Below are positions 26,819-34,861 of a stretch of DNA of 52,493 nt, piece after piece. Position numbers and translations under genes: made by a program. Numbering within the stretch: the stretch's first letter is position 1; every line of letters begins with the position of its first letter. Below the pieces are notes generated by a model. It saw only the letters and a program-made list of their open reading frames with translations. It did no database searches and was not told the DNA's origin. Source of the stretch: a phage; NCBI GenBank assembly GCA_017676125.1, contig GCA_017676125.1_4893.1; one strand, 5' to 3'.

Positions 26819-28786
26819 TTAGTGTGCCTCTGCCCAGTTACTTTCTATCTTAGCATCAGTAAGAACAGGTACACGAAGCGGTAGTACAGTTTCCATGACC
26901 CGTACGAAATCATAGAATCCATCTTCTGCTTGTTTACCAGTTGGTAGAGAGAAGTTAAGCTCATCGTGTACCGTCAGGCGAGGTACGCCAATCACGTCAA
27001 AGTAACCGTCTTCATACCCTTTCAGCATTGCAGACTTCATCTGGTCTGCTGACGACCCTTGCAGCACTCGGTTGATTGCTTTGTGGGTGTCTGCCAGTTT
27101 AATGTTTGGACCATACTCCTGACGTGCTTCTTCAAATGGTAAAGGCATCTTACCGAATCCACCACGTTTTGGGACCCACTTGTTGAACCATGTCTTCCGG
27201 CCCATAAAGGTTTCTACATAACCCTGGCTATAACATAAATCTTCATAATGCTTCATGGTAGCACCAATGAATGGTGCACCCTGATGGTACGCCTTCAGAA
27301 CAGGTTCTGCTTCTTCAGGCGTCATTGCTAACTTACGGGCAAGAGCATTAAGCATCATGCCGTACAACAAACCAAAGTTAATGGTCTTAGCCGGTTTACG
27401 CTCTATAACGTGACCTGAGGCTTCCTTGATAATATCGACCATAACATTGTGGTAATCTGCTTCCGGGTTAGCCGCGAAAATTGCTCGTAACTCATCAGCG
27501 CCCGGGCCGACTGCAAAATGCGCCATGAATCGATATTCAATTTGGGCGTAGTCTGCTGACCCCCATCTGTGTCCGACATCCGGTACGAAACAAGCACGAA
27601 GGAGTGGTCCCAGTATTTTGTGTCGAGACGGTATATTCTGCAGATTAGGGTCAGATGAGCTAAACCTACCACTAACGGTTCCACCGTCATCACCGCGCAT
27701 TTGATGGAATTGACCGTGAAGGAAGCCATTTGTATTCATCCCCAATATATAGCCACGAATAAACGTGGACTGGATTTTCTCATAAGACTTAATCTCAGAC
27801 ACCAGTTCCGCAAACGGATGGTGCAAGCCTGCTAAGAAGTCTGCCGTAAACGACGGATTGCCCGCCGCTGTTCTGAAGTACTCCAGACCTAAATGGTCAA
27901 ATGCAAGAGCTAAGTCCGGACCTGAGTTAACGTTAATGTTAAAGCCAATCTGGTCTTTAATCTGCTGGTGCATTTTCCTTATTTCAGCGCTAAGCGTATC
28001 ATCCGCCTCTTTGGCCTTGTCAAGGTCAACACGCACACCCGCAAAACGCATCTTAAGCATTAATGGAATGAGCTTGCACTCCATATAGAATACGTCTGTT
28101 AAGCACCAGCGACTTAACAAAGGCCACTGGGCTTTGATAATGTGTATTGGTAAGTCGGCGTCAGATTCAGCATAGTAACCCACAAGACGAGGAGGCGTTT
28201 TGTAGATGTACTTTCTGGCTTCACCTGTTGGTTTACAGCCATAAGCATCTGAAATCCATTGGTACATCTCGGCTGAGTCTTTACCTTCGCCTACATACTT
28301 TCGTCCAAGTCCTTCAAGTGCAACACGCGCGCCTGGGTCGAGTAATGCTTCCGCGAATTGTACATCCATGCACAATCCTTTAACTTCCACGCCTTCTGCT
28401 GCAAGCCAGCCCAAGTCATATGTGATGTTAGCACCGACTTTAACTTGGTTAGGTCGCGAGAGTTCGAGCCGAAGCCAACCAAGTACTTCCTCAGCTGGAA
28501 GGTTATCCTCTTCGCCGAGCTCGTGTCTGATTGGGTAGTAAGCTTTGAAGCCGTTGTCCGTAGCGATACTAACTCCAACGATATGACCCTCCCTCCTGGC
28601 CCAACCACTACCATTTGTATCCATCCCTGGGTCGTATGTTTCACAGTCAAGACCGATAATCTTTGCAGAAGACAAATCCGGGTAATGCGCGCGCGGCCGC
28701 CATCCAGTATCCCTGACGTATGGTATAGGACGGTTGATAGGTTTAACATTCTTTGCACCTTCGAAGCTATCGAATAAAAAGCTCAT
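26819..28786 (-). CDS. DNA polymerase, family A (Pol I/T7-like) with 3'-5' exonuclease domain
   Basis: 655 aa; exo motif LDCETY; motif A DYAQIEYRF; motif B RKPAKTINFGLLYGM; motif C VHDE. Confidence 0.9.
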   Translation of the reverse strand: MSFLFDSFEGAKNVKPINRPIPYVRDTGWRPRAHYPDLSSAKIIGLDCETYDPGMDTNGSGWARREGHIVGVSIATDNGFKAYYPIRHELGEEDNLPAEEVLGWLRLELSRPNQVKVGANITYDLGWLAAEGVEVKGLCMDVQFAEALLDPGARVALEGLGRKYVGEGKDSAEMYQWISDAYGCKPTGEARKYIYKTPPRLVGYYAESDADLPIHIIKAQWPLLSRWCLTDVFYMECKLIPLMLKMRFAGVRVDLDKAKEADDTLSAEIRKMHQQIKDQIGFNINVNSGPDLALAFDHLGLEYFRTAAGNPSFTADFLAGLHHPFAELVSEIKSYEKIQSTFIRGYILGMNTNGFLHGQFHQMRGDDGGTVSGRFSSSDPNLQNIPSRHKILGPLLRACFVPDVGHRWGSADYAQIEYRFMAHFAVGPGADELRAIFAANPEADYHNVMVDIIKEASGHVIERKPAKTINFGLLYGMMLNALARKLAMTPEEAEPVLKAYHQGAPFIGATMKHYEDLCYSQGYVETFMGRKTWFNKWVPKRGGFGKMPLPFEEARQEYGPNIKLADTHKAINRVLQGSSADQMKSAMLKGYEDGYFDVIGVPRLTVHDELNFSLPTGKQAEDGFYDFVRVMETVLPLRVPVLTDAKIESNWAEAH

Positions 28787-29781
28787 CAGTCCCCTCTCAC
28801 ATACGCAATTACAACTGTACGAGTTGAGTTTTCCATTTTGAGCGCCTGACTACCAAGCCCTATTCTTTCCATGCCTTTAGCCAGTTTACTCATCTGACTA
28901 ATAACACAGTTGAATGGTTTACTAAACTTAGTCGACTGGAACTTAATGTCGACGGACATCTTTGGAATAATCTTATCTGGTAAGTCTGCCTTTGCAGTTG
29001 ACTCGCCTGTTATCTCCAGGATGGCTTGACCTTCGTCATACCCAGTAAGCTGGTCCATGACTTCCAGGAACTCAGGAGTGATGGCCTGCATATCCATTTC
29101 CATATTGAAGAACTTCGATACGTCTGGCCATTTGGCCGCAAGTACCGGGGCATCCATCTGTACACCATCTGCAAAGCCGAAGAACATCTGGCCGCGGGCG
29201 TATCCTACACTTGTGGGTTCCATCTTCAACTTAACCAGAGCCTCAAGCATTGGTTTGGCTATGGCACATTCAAATTCAAAATCTACGTTCAGCTTCTCGC
29301 GTATCATATACTTACCGTTAGTGGCGTAAGCATAACCATCGCGTAAAAGTAAGGATGTTGCCCATACCTGCGGTGCTTCGTTAGGTACCCATTTGGCTAA
29401 GGCAGTTAATACCGGGAGTAATTCGCCATGCGCTGAATACCAGTTGTTAACTGTAGCAAGTGGCGGTATTGGTTCATTAAGCGCTTGCATTCTTGTTTTA
29501 AGTACACCTGCTGTGACTGTGAGGTTTCCAGCGGCTGTAATGTTAAAAGTAATCTGTTCAGTTCTTGCCGCATTAACGGCCTTACGAAATGATTCAGCAT
29601 CCACTTGCAGGTCTGGAAATCCTTTACATGGCGCTCGTAGTAATACGTTCTTGTAGTATGAATGGATTGTTCCGTCTGCAATCCATATTTTGCCCATAAG
29701 ACCACTATCAGTATACTTGATGGGACGAGCTTGTTGAACGGCAGTCTGTATTTGTTTGGTGTCATAGTTAAACTTGCTCAT
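28786..29781 (-). CDS. hypothetical protein; possible DNA polymerase processivity factor (beta-clamp-like)
   Basis: 331 aa ORF coupled to polymerase start; weak by-eye resemblance to DnaN segments (ADGT..., ...NGKYMIRE); not verified. Confidence 0.4.
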   Translation of the reverse strand: MSKFNYDTKQIQTAVQQARPIKYTDSGLMGKIWIADGTIHSYYKNVLLRAPCKGFPDLQVDAESFRKAVNAARTEQITFNITAAGNLTVTAGVLKTRMQALNEPIPPLATVNNWYSAHGELLPVLTALAKWVPNEAPQVWATSLLLRDGYAYATNGKYMIREKLNVDFEFECAIAKPMLEALVKLKMEPTSVGYARGQMFFGFADGVQMDAPVLAAKWPDVSKFFNMEMDMQAITPEFLEVMDQLTGYDEGQAILEITGESTAKADLPDKIIPKMSVDIKFQSTKFSKPFNCVISQMSKLAKGMERIGLGSQALKMENSTRTVVIAYVRGD

Positions 29782-29811
29782 AGTATAACGGGGCCGAAGC
29801 CCCGCTCCATC

Positions 29812-30696
29812 TTATACGGCCATTTGGAGTTTGATGTTTGGCATTGGTTTGTACTTCTCAACCATTGGCGCAACATCGGCAGGAGTGAAGTCAAACACTG
29901 ACACGTCGTAAATCGCGTTAATGTCAGGACGACCTTCAAAGTTAGTGTCCAGTGTAGTGTCAGAATTGCTCACGATACGTTGCAGGAAAATCTTTGCCGC
30001 ATCAATATGATTCTGATAGATATGATAATCACCCAGCGTAACAGTCATGTCACCAACACCAGTACCCAGTTCAGCAGCAATGGTAATCTGCAACATCTGA
30101 TGCAACAGAATATCGTGAGGCAGACCAAGGATAACATCCGCGCTACGCATGTGGAACATCAGCTCTAATTCATTACGGTTGTTAATGAACAGCTGAAAAC
30201 CATGGTAACAAGGCGGAAGGGCCATGGCGTCCATCTCTTGTGGGTTCCATGCCGTAATGTACGCCCTGCGGTCGGTAGGCTTAACCTTCAGCGTTTCAAT
30301 AACGTCTTTAAGCTGGTTAGTAAGAACACCATTCTTATAGAATGGCTTAATCCATTGCACGCCGTACACAGGACCTAAATCACGGTTGTCTGGCGTACCC
30401 CAACGTTTGTTTGCGTCCTGCAGGTTACCTTCCCACCAGTTACAGCCAAAGCCTTTGAGCGTGTCGACGTTTGAAATGCCGTTGATAAAGCAGTAAAGCT
30501 CAGCAGCAACAGCTTTGATGTTAACAGGTTTAAATACCGGCACCATCAGTTTGTTGTCGTTAAAAGCCAGCTTAAACGCTGTACCAAAACAACGGCGTGT
30601 ACCAACACCTGTACGGTCTACAACATCCTCGCCTTTACGCAGGATAAAAGAAATGATGTCGCTGTAAAGAGAATCGACAGTGCTGTATGTTTTCAT
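29812..30696 (-). CDS. thyA: thymidylate synthase (ThyA family)
   Basis: 294 aa; ThyA motifs DRTGVGT, DLGPVYGVQW, catalytic Cys in LPPCYH, MRSAD, GDYHIYQNH (Asn retained, uracil-type specificity). Confidence 0.8.
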   Translation of the reverse strand: MKTYSTVDSLYSDIISFILRKGEDVVDRTGVGTRRCFGTAFKLAFNDNKLMVPVFKPVNIKAVAAELYCFINGISNVDTLKGFGCNWWEGNLQDANKRWGTPDNRDLGPVYGVQWIKPFYKNGVLTNQLKDVIETLKVKPTDRRAYITAWNPQEMDAMALPPCYHGFQLFINNRNELELMFHMRSADVILGLPHDILLHQMLQITIAAELGTGVGDMTVTLGDYHIYQNHIDAAKIFLQRIVSNSDTTLDTNFEGRPDINAIYDVSVFDFTPADVAPMVEKYKPMPNIKLQMAV

Positions 30697-31289
30697 TAAA
30701 ACAGTTCCTTTTGTGCCGGGTTAACGTGTGCGTCGATGATAGCCTGGATGTCAGGTGCTTTCCATCCTTCAGGCTTAACAATATCCTGACCAGACTTATG
30801 CTTACTGTTGCTTGCATCAGGCTTAGCACGTTCTTTCGCCATGTTAGCAGTCTGTACCGCATCCCATGCAGCATCAAGCGGCCAGTTGTTGTTTGCACAC
30901 CAGGTAATCAGGTGGATAATTAACTGGGCCAGACGGTCGCAATGGGTGTCTTCAGTATCTTTAACGTATACGATAAGACCATCAGCATCGAAGCGGTCCA
31001 TAAATCCGCATGGCGTAGTTAACAGAATCGGATATTCAAATTCGTTGGTGAACCATGCAGTCTGGTCGTACAGGTATAACGTACCTGCAGCAATATAAAT
31101 TAAATCTACAATACCGTCTAAGAATCCAGCTTTGTCGCCGTCCTTCTTAGCTTGTTTAATTTCTTCCATCTCCTCAATAAGACGGTCGTAGCGAAGCTTG
31201 AACTCAGGTTTACCGCCTTGGCTAACAGGCTTGAGGTCAAACTTCTCATGAAAAGCGGTAACGCCTGCAGCAATTTTACTGAATCGCAT
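30696..31289 (-). CDS. MazG-like nucleoside triphosphate pyrophosphohydrolase (putative)
   Basis: 197 aa; EEMEE...D acidic helix pattern resembling all-alpha NTP pyrophosphatase (MazG/HisE) fold; adjacent to thyA. Confidence 0.45.
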   Translation of the reverse strand: MRFSKIAAGVTAFHEKFDLKPVSQGGKPEFKLRYDRLIEEMEEIKQAKKDGDKAGFLDGIVDLIYIAAGTLYLYDQTAWFTNEFEYPILLTTPCGFMDRFDADGLIVYVKDTEDTHCDRLAQLIIHLITWCANNNWPLDAAWDAVQTANMAKERAKPDASNSKHKSGQDIVKPEGWKAPDIQAIIDAHVNPAQKELF

Positions 31290-31674
31290 TTCGTAACTCC
31301 TTACAAACAGTTTCGATAAACTTACGTTTAATTTCTGTAGACCAGATAATATGACGAGCCTGTTCTAAAGTGTCCCAACGTTCTTTACCCACAGGAAAGG
31401 GAACAATGAAAAGGCCGGTACGGGATATGCGCTTGATAAACGGGAATTTACAGCGCATGGTTGTTTCAAACTTGATAAAGTTTGTTTGCACTTCGCGTGT
31501 AAACTTGACCTTATCAAATTCACGTTCAAGAGTTTGAGCAATGTTGCATACTTCCTGGAAAGAAGATGCAGGCAAGTAATCTTCGCGGCCGACGGTGTTC
31601 ACGTAGTCGATTTGGCCCTCTAGCCGAAGTATCCAAATCCTGTAATAAGCTTCAGCAACACGTTGTAGGTTCAT
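31276..31674 (-). CDS. hypothetical protein
   Basis: 132 aa ORF downstream of a consensus promoter (minus strand), GAGGAGAG RBS. Confidence 0.5.
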   Translation of the reverse strand: MNLQRVAEAYYRIWILRLEGQIDYVNTVGREDYLPASSFQEVCNIAQTLEREFDKVKFTREVQTNFIKFETTMRCKFPFIKRISRTGLFIVPFPVGKERWDTLEQARHIIWSTEIKRKFIETVCKELRNAIQ

Positions 31675-31700
31675 TGTATCTCTCCTCTAAAAGATAACTT

Positions 31701-31729
31701 ATTATACCACATCACTCTCTAGTGGTAAA
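31701..31729 (-). promoter_or_regulatory. sigma70-like promoter (minus strand) TTTACC-N17-TATAAT
   Basis: On minus strand: -35 TTTACC (plus 31724-31729), 17-nt spacer, -10 TATAAT (plus 31701-31706); spacer contains CCAC...GTGG inverted repeat. Confidence 0.6.
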
Positions 31730-31749
31730 GCACTTTTTACGCTTCTGGT

Positions 31750-31780
31750 AAAAATAAAAAGGACCAGCGTTAACTGGTCC
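31750..31780 (-). terminator. rho-independent terminator (minus-strand transcripts; weaker on plus)
   Basis: Stem GGACCAG/CTGGTCC with 6-nt loop (31761-31780); on minus strand followed by TTTTTATTTTT. Confidence 0.7.
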
Positions 31781-32042
31781 TTTTGGCAGGGTGGCGTAAG
31801 GAGATACAAGGCATCGTAACTATGCAACCAGGCAGCGCATATGAGATTGGCCAAAAGACTTACCATTTTAATCCCCGCGACGAGACGAAAGGAGGTGTTA
31901 TCGAGTAGCCAATCACATATGCGTTACTTGCTGTGTGCTCTCACCGCGGAAAGTATAGAGCGTTGCACTTATTACACCGATGGAGTGGCAAAAGCACACA
32001 GCGAGTACAACCTTAGTTGTGGTGTCTTAGCACCTGAGTTAT

Positions 32043-32051
32043 TGTGGATAA
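32043..32051 (-). promoter_or_regulatory. DnaA box (perfect TTATCCACA on minus strand)
   Basis: Plus-strand TGTGGATAA at 32043-32051 is the reverse complement of the E. coli DnaA R-box consensus; sits in the loop of a 13-bp inverted repeat. Confidence 0.4.
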
Positions 32052-32350
32052 CCTGCACCCGACGGGTGTCAAAAAGATACGCCAAAACACCACAACTAAA
32101 ATTGTGACCGCCGTCTACACCAGGCGCCTGGGGTCAAGGTAGCGAGCCAATACCCTTTTCAGCGTCGGAGGAATCGAACCTCACACATCACGGCTTTTAC
32201 CAAATCTCGGTCAGCGAGCAGAATTGAACTGCATTCACTGGACACCCTCACTGTTTCAACACACCAGGCTTAATTGATTGTTGATAAGAAGAGAGATGTA
32301 AGGGTGTCCATTGAATGCACCTCCGTAGAGGTGCGTTCAGATCAGCGCTA

Positions 32351-32818
32351 TTATTCAGCAACTTCTTCGTTGTCGCCTTCGATCGCGCCAGCCAGTTTAG
32401 CAGCTTCAGCTTTAGCAGCTTCTGCTTTCTGGCGAGCTTTTTCAGCTTTCTCTTCAGCTTTGCGAATCTGCTCAGCAGCTTTCGCTTCGGCTTTTTCAGC
32501 TTTGATGCGAGCACGCTCTTCAGCTTTACGCTGTTTTTCAGCGGCTTTAGCAGCATCGCGTTCTGCTTTAGCGGTATCAACACGCTTAGCCAGAACTTTA
32601 CCAGTGGCTTTACGCCAGTAGGTCAGCTGGGAAGAAACAGTACCACGGGACATTTCGGTAGTGGCAACAACTTCGTCCATAACGTCAGAGCTGGACTTGC
32701 CTTCTTCATGGGCTTTATCAGCCAGGTCCCATACATAACGTGCACCAGTACCAGCTGCCGGATACAGTACGCCGTTAACTTCTTCTTTACCAGTTACAAA
32801 AGTCAGTTTCTCGCTCAT
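32351..32818 (-). CDS. histone H1-like / Lys-Ala-Glu-rich DNA-binding protein (putative)
   Basis: ATG at 32818 with GAGG RBS (track ORF extends to 32878); C-terminal ~75 aa is low-complexity AKAE/KAAEK repeats like histone H1 tails. Confidence 0.5.
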   Translation of the reverse strand: MSEKLTFVTGKEEVNGVLYPAAGTGARYVWDLADKAHEEGKSSSDVMDEVVATTEMSRGTVSSQLTYWRKATGKVLAKRVDTAKAERDAAKAAEKQRKAEERARIKAEKAEAKAAEQIRKAEEKAEKARQKAEAAKAEAAKLAGAIEGDNEEVAE

Positions 32819-32924
32819 AATTTTTTCCTCGTCTACAGGGCTTAATGTTTGTTCGTTACGTGAGTTAATATACGTCATTTAAAAGAGTGTGTAAACACCT
32901 TTTTTAAACTTTTTTCATTAGTGT

Positions 32925-33152
32925 CTAGAAAGGCACATCATAGTCAAAAAGTTTACATCCGGAAGACAGGACTGCCGGCGGTGGTGTTTTGCCTCCGGAT
33001 AATAGACAACCTCCTGCCTGAAAACTACGGCAGTTCGCACAGCTCATATCCTGCAGGTATATAATAAGCTGCCGGCGAACATGCCGCGGTAAAGCTTTAG
33101 CCTGGGTTGCTACCCGTTCAAATAGTTCTCTGTCATCGAGCGCCATAGCCAT
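32925..33152 (-). CDS. hypothetical small Cys-rich protein
   Basis: 75 aa ORF overlapping helicase stop by 20 nt; Cys pairs (CANC, GGC). Confidence 0.35.
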   Translation of the reverse strand: MAMALDDRELFERVATQAKALPRHVRRQLIIYLQDMSCANCRSFQAGGCLLSGGKTPPPAVLSSGCKLFDYDVPF

Positions 33153-34803
33153 TTCCCCAGTCGTAGTTCATGATTTGTGGGTAGGGTCGTTTAATCCATA
33201 CCTTGATGCGCTTAGGAATAGCCAGCTCACCCTTACGGCGAATAAACTCATCGCATGTTTCAGGCGGTTCTGTTCCTGCAGCATTACGCCACCAGGCATC
33301 TGCCATTTGCTTAGCATTGCCATGGGCCTCTATATTTACCCATGTTGTATACACTTCCAGGTTTGAGTAGTACACAACCTTTATACTGTCAGGCCGTCCC
33401 TGCTTCTGGAATAAAGAATAGTTTACCAGCGTAACATCTTTATCCACAACACGAAGCTGACCGTTAGTCATTACCTCTTCTTCTGATGAAGTGAAGGCAA
33501 TGGCAGGTCCGTTAACTGTAAACTCAAATTCATGTCCGCACATCGGATATACACCATTCTCGTCTGGCGTACTTCCTTTAGCCGGATGCTTACATGTACG
33601 GGCTGCATAGCCACTTACCTGGTGACAGATAGGGCACTCTTTACCGCCAGGTGTTTTCTCTGACCGTTTCTTTTTCTTCTTACCAAGACGAGGCGGAACA
33701 GCCGGGTCGTCAATAGGTCCAAGGTCAATGGTGTTAGATGTAAAGTCCATAACAAGACAGTCATGCTTGCCAGGCGCTGTACGTAATCCTCGACCAAGTA
33801 TCTGCACCCACAAGGCAACAGACGTGGACGGGCGCAAGATGCCGAGCATATCAATCTCAGGATAGTCAAATCCTGTCGTCAATACGTTTACGTTTACACA
33901 GACCCGTGCTCGTCCGCTTGTAAACTCTTCCAGTGCGGCTTCACGTTCTTTCTTTGTAAGACCGCCATGCACAACTACAGTCTGCCACCCTCGCAGATTA
34001 AATTCGTCTGCTATGTTGTGGGCGTGCTCAACACTTGTGGCAAATACAAGAACGTGGTTCCTGTCTTTACCGTAGTGCATCATCTCACGAATAGCCGCGA
34101 CTGTTATACTATGTTGGTTGGCTACCTTCTCAAGCTCTGACGGGATGTAGTCACCCATCCTTTCGCCAACATTACTGGTGTCAATCTTGGTTAACACTTT
34201 CTTGTTGACCAGGCGCGACAGGAAGCCTTCATTTACCAGTCGGGTGAATGCGTCAGGTGTTGTAAGGTCATAGCAGATGTCGGTAAATATACCACAGTCC
34301 AGCAAGTGACCACCTGCCAAGCGATACGGAGTTGCTGTGAGTCCTGTTACCTTTACCTTAGGATTAAGCTCTTTGAAGTGAGCAATAACCTTACGGTATG
34401 TTGTTTCAGACTTCTCAGGAACAAGATGGGCTTCGTCAATGAATATAAGATTGAACTTGCCTGCTTCTTCCAGGTTCTTAATGATTGACTGTACCGATGC
34501 TACAACGATACGACCTGAAAAGTCTTTGTGTCCTGCTCCTGAAGAGTAGATAGATACTGGGGCTTGTGGCCAGTGGCGTACAATCGCTTTGGCGTCTTGT
34601 TCTACCAGCTCCTTGACGTGTGTCAGTATAAGAATGCGCTGACGGGGATAGCTGGTAAGAATATCCTTCATCAGCATACCAAGCACAGGTGATTTACCTG
34701 AACCTGTCGGCATGACAATAAGTGGATTACCACTATAAGAATTGAAGTACGACCACCAGGCTGTGACCGCTTCTTGTTGATACCAGCGAGCTTCAAAAGC
34801 CAT
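33133..34803 (-). CDS. superfamily II DNA helicase (DEAH-box)
   Basis: 556 aa; Walker A PTGSGKS, motif II FIDEAH, TATP, motif VI QILGRGLR; C-terminal Cys cluster (CPICH...C...C) zinc ribbon. Confidence 0.85.
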   Translation of the reverse strand: MAFEARWYQQEAVTAWWSYFNSYSGNPLIVMPTGSGKSPVLGMLMKDILTSYPRQRILILTHVKELVEQDAKAIVRHWPQAPVSIYSSGAGHKDFSGRIVVASVQSIIKNLEEAGKFNLIFIDEAHLVPEKSETTYRKVIAHFKELNPKVKVTGLTATPYRLAGGHLLDCGIFTDICYDLTTPDAFTRLVNEGFLSRLVNKKVLTKIDTSNVGERMGDYIPSELEKVANQHSITVAAIREMMHYGKDRNHVLVFATSVEHAHNIADEFNLRGWQTVVVHGGLTKKEREAALEEFTSGRARVCVNVNVLTTGFDYPEIDMLGILRPSTSVALWVQILGRGLRTAPGKHDCLVMDFTSNTIDLGPIDDPAVPPRLGKKKKKRSEKTPGGKECPICHQVSGYAARTCKHPAKGSTPDENGVYPMCGHEFEFTVNGPAIAFTSSEEEVMTNGQLRVVDKDVTLVNYSLFQKQGRPDSIKVVYYSNLEVYTTWVNIEAHGNAKQMADAWWRNAAGTEPPETCDEFIRRKGELAIPKRIKVWIKRPYPQIMNYDWGNGYGAR

Positions 34804-34861
34804 TTATCATCTCCTCATTAACTTTATATATTATACCACTTCCTTGTGGTAAAGTATACTT

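Noticed and set aside
27858-28777. Plus-strand ORFs (27858-28088, 28147-28383, 28358-28777) antisense to the DNA polymerase gene
   Set aside because: Fully embedded in a motif-supported polymerase gene on the opposite strand; typical antisense artefacts.
29812-30696. ThyA homologue as a dCMP hydroxymethylase (T4 gp42-like)
   Set aside because: The pyrimidine-discriminating Asn in GDYHIYQNH is retained (uracil-type), and a DHFR-like gene is present, which fits a DHF-producing thymidylate synthase; residual uncertainty kept in findings.
31841-32107. 88-aa plus-strand ORF in the long intergenic region
   Set aside because: No properly spaced RBS, atypical composition, and it sits in a region dominated by inverted repeats and a terminator; more likely non-coding.
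32161-32250. Possible tRNA gene on the minus strand, suggested by the GGTTCGATTCC T-loop motif
   Set aside because: No 7-bp acceptor stem or anticodon stem-loop compatible with a canonical cloverleaf could be found by hand, and no CCA follows; kept as a T-arm-like motif in findings, not annotated as tRNA.
32274-32845. Plus-strand ORFs 32274-32621 and 32315-32845 overlapping the histone-like gene
   Set aside because: Low-complexity Ser/Ala/Phe-rich translations are antisense artefacts of the repetitive Lys/Ala/Glu-coding sequence on the minus strand.
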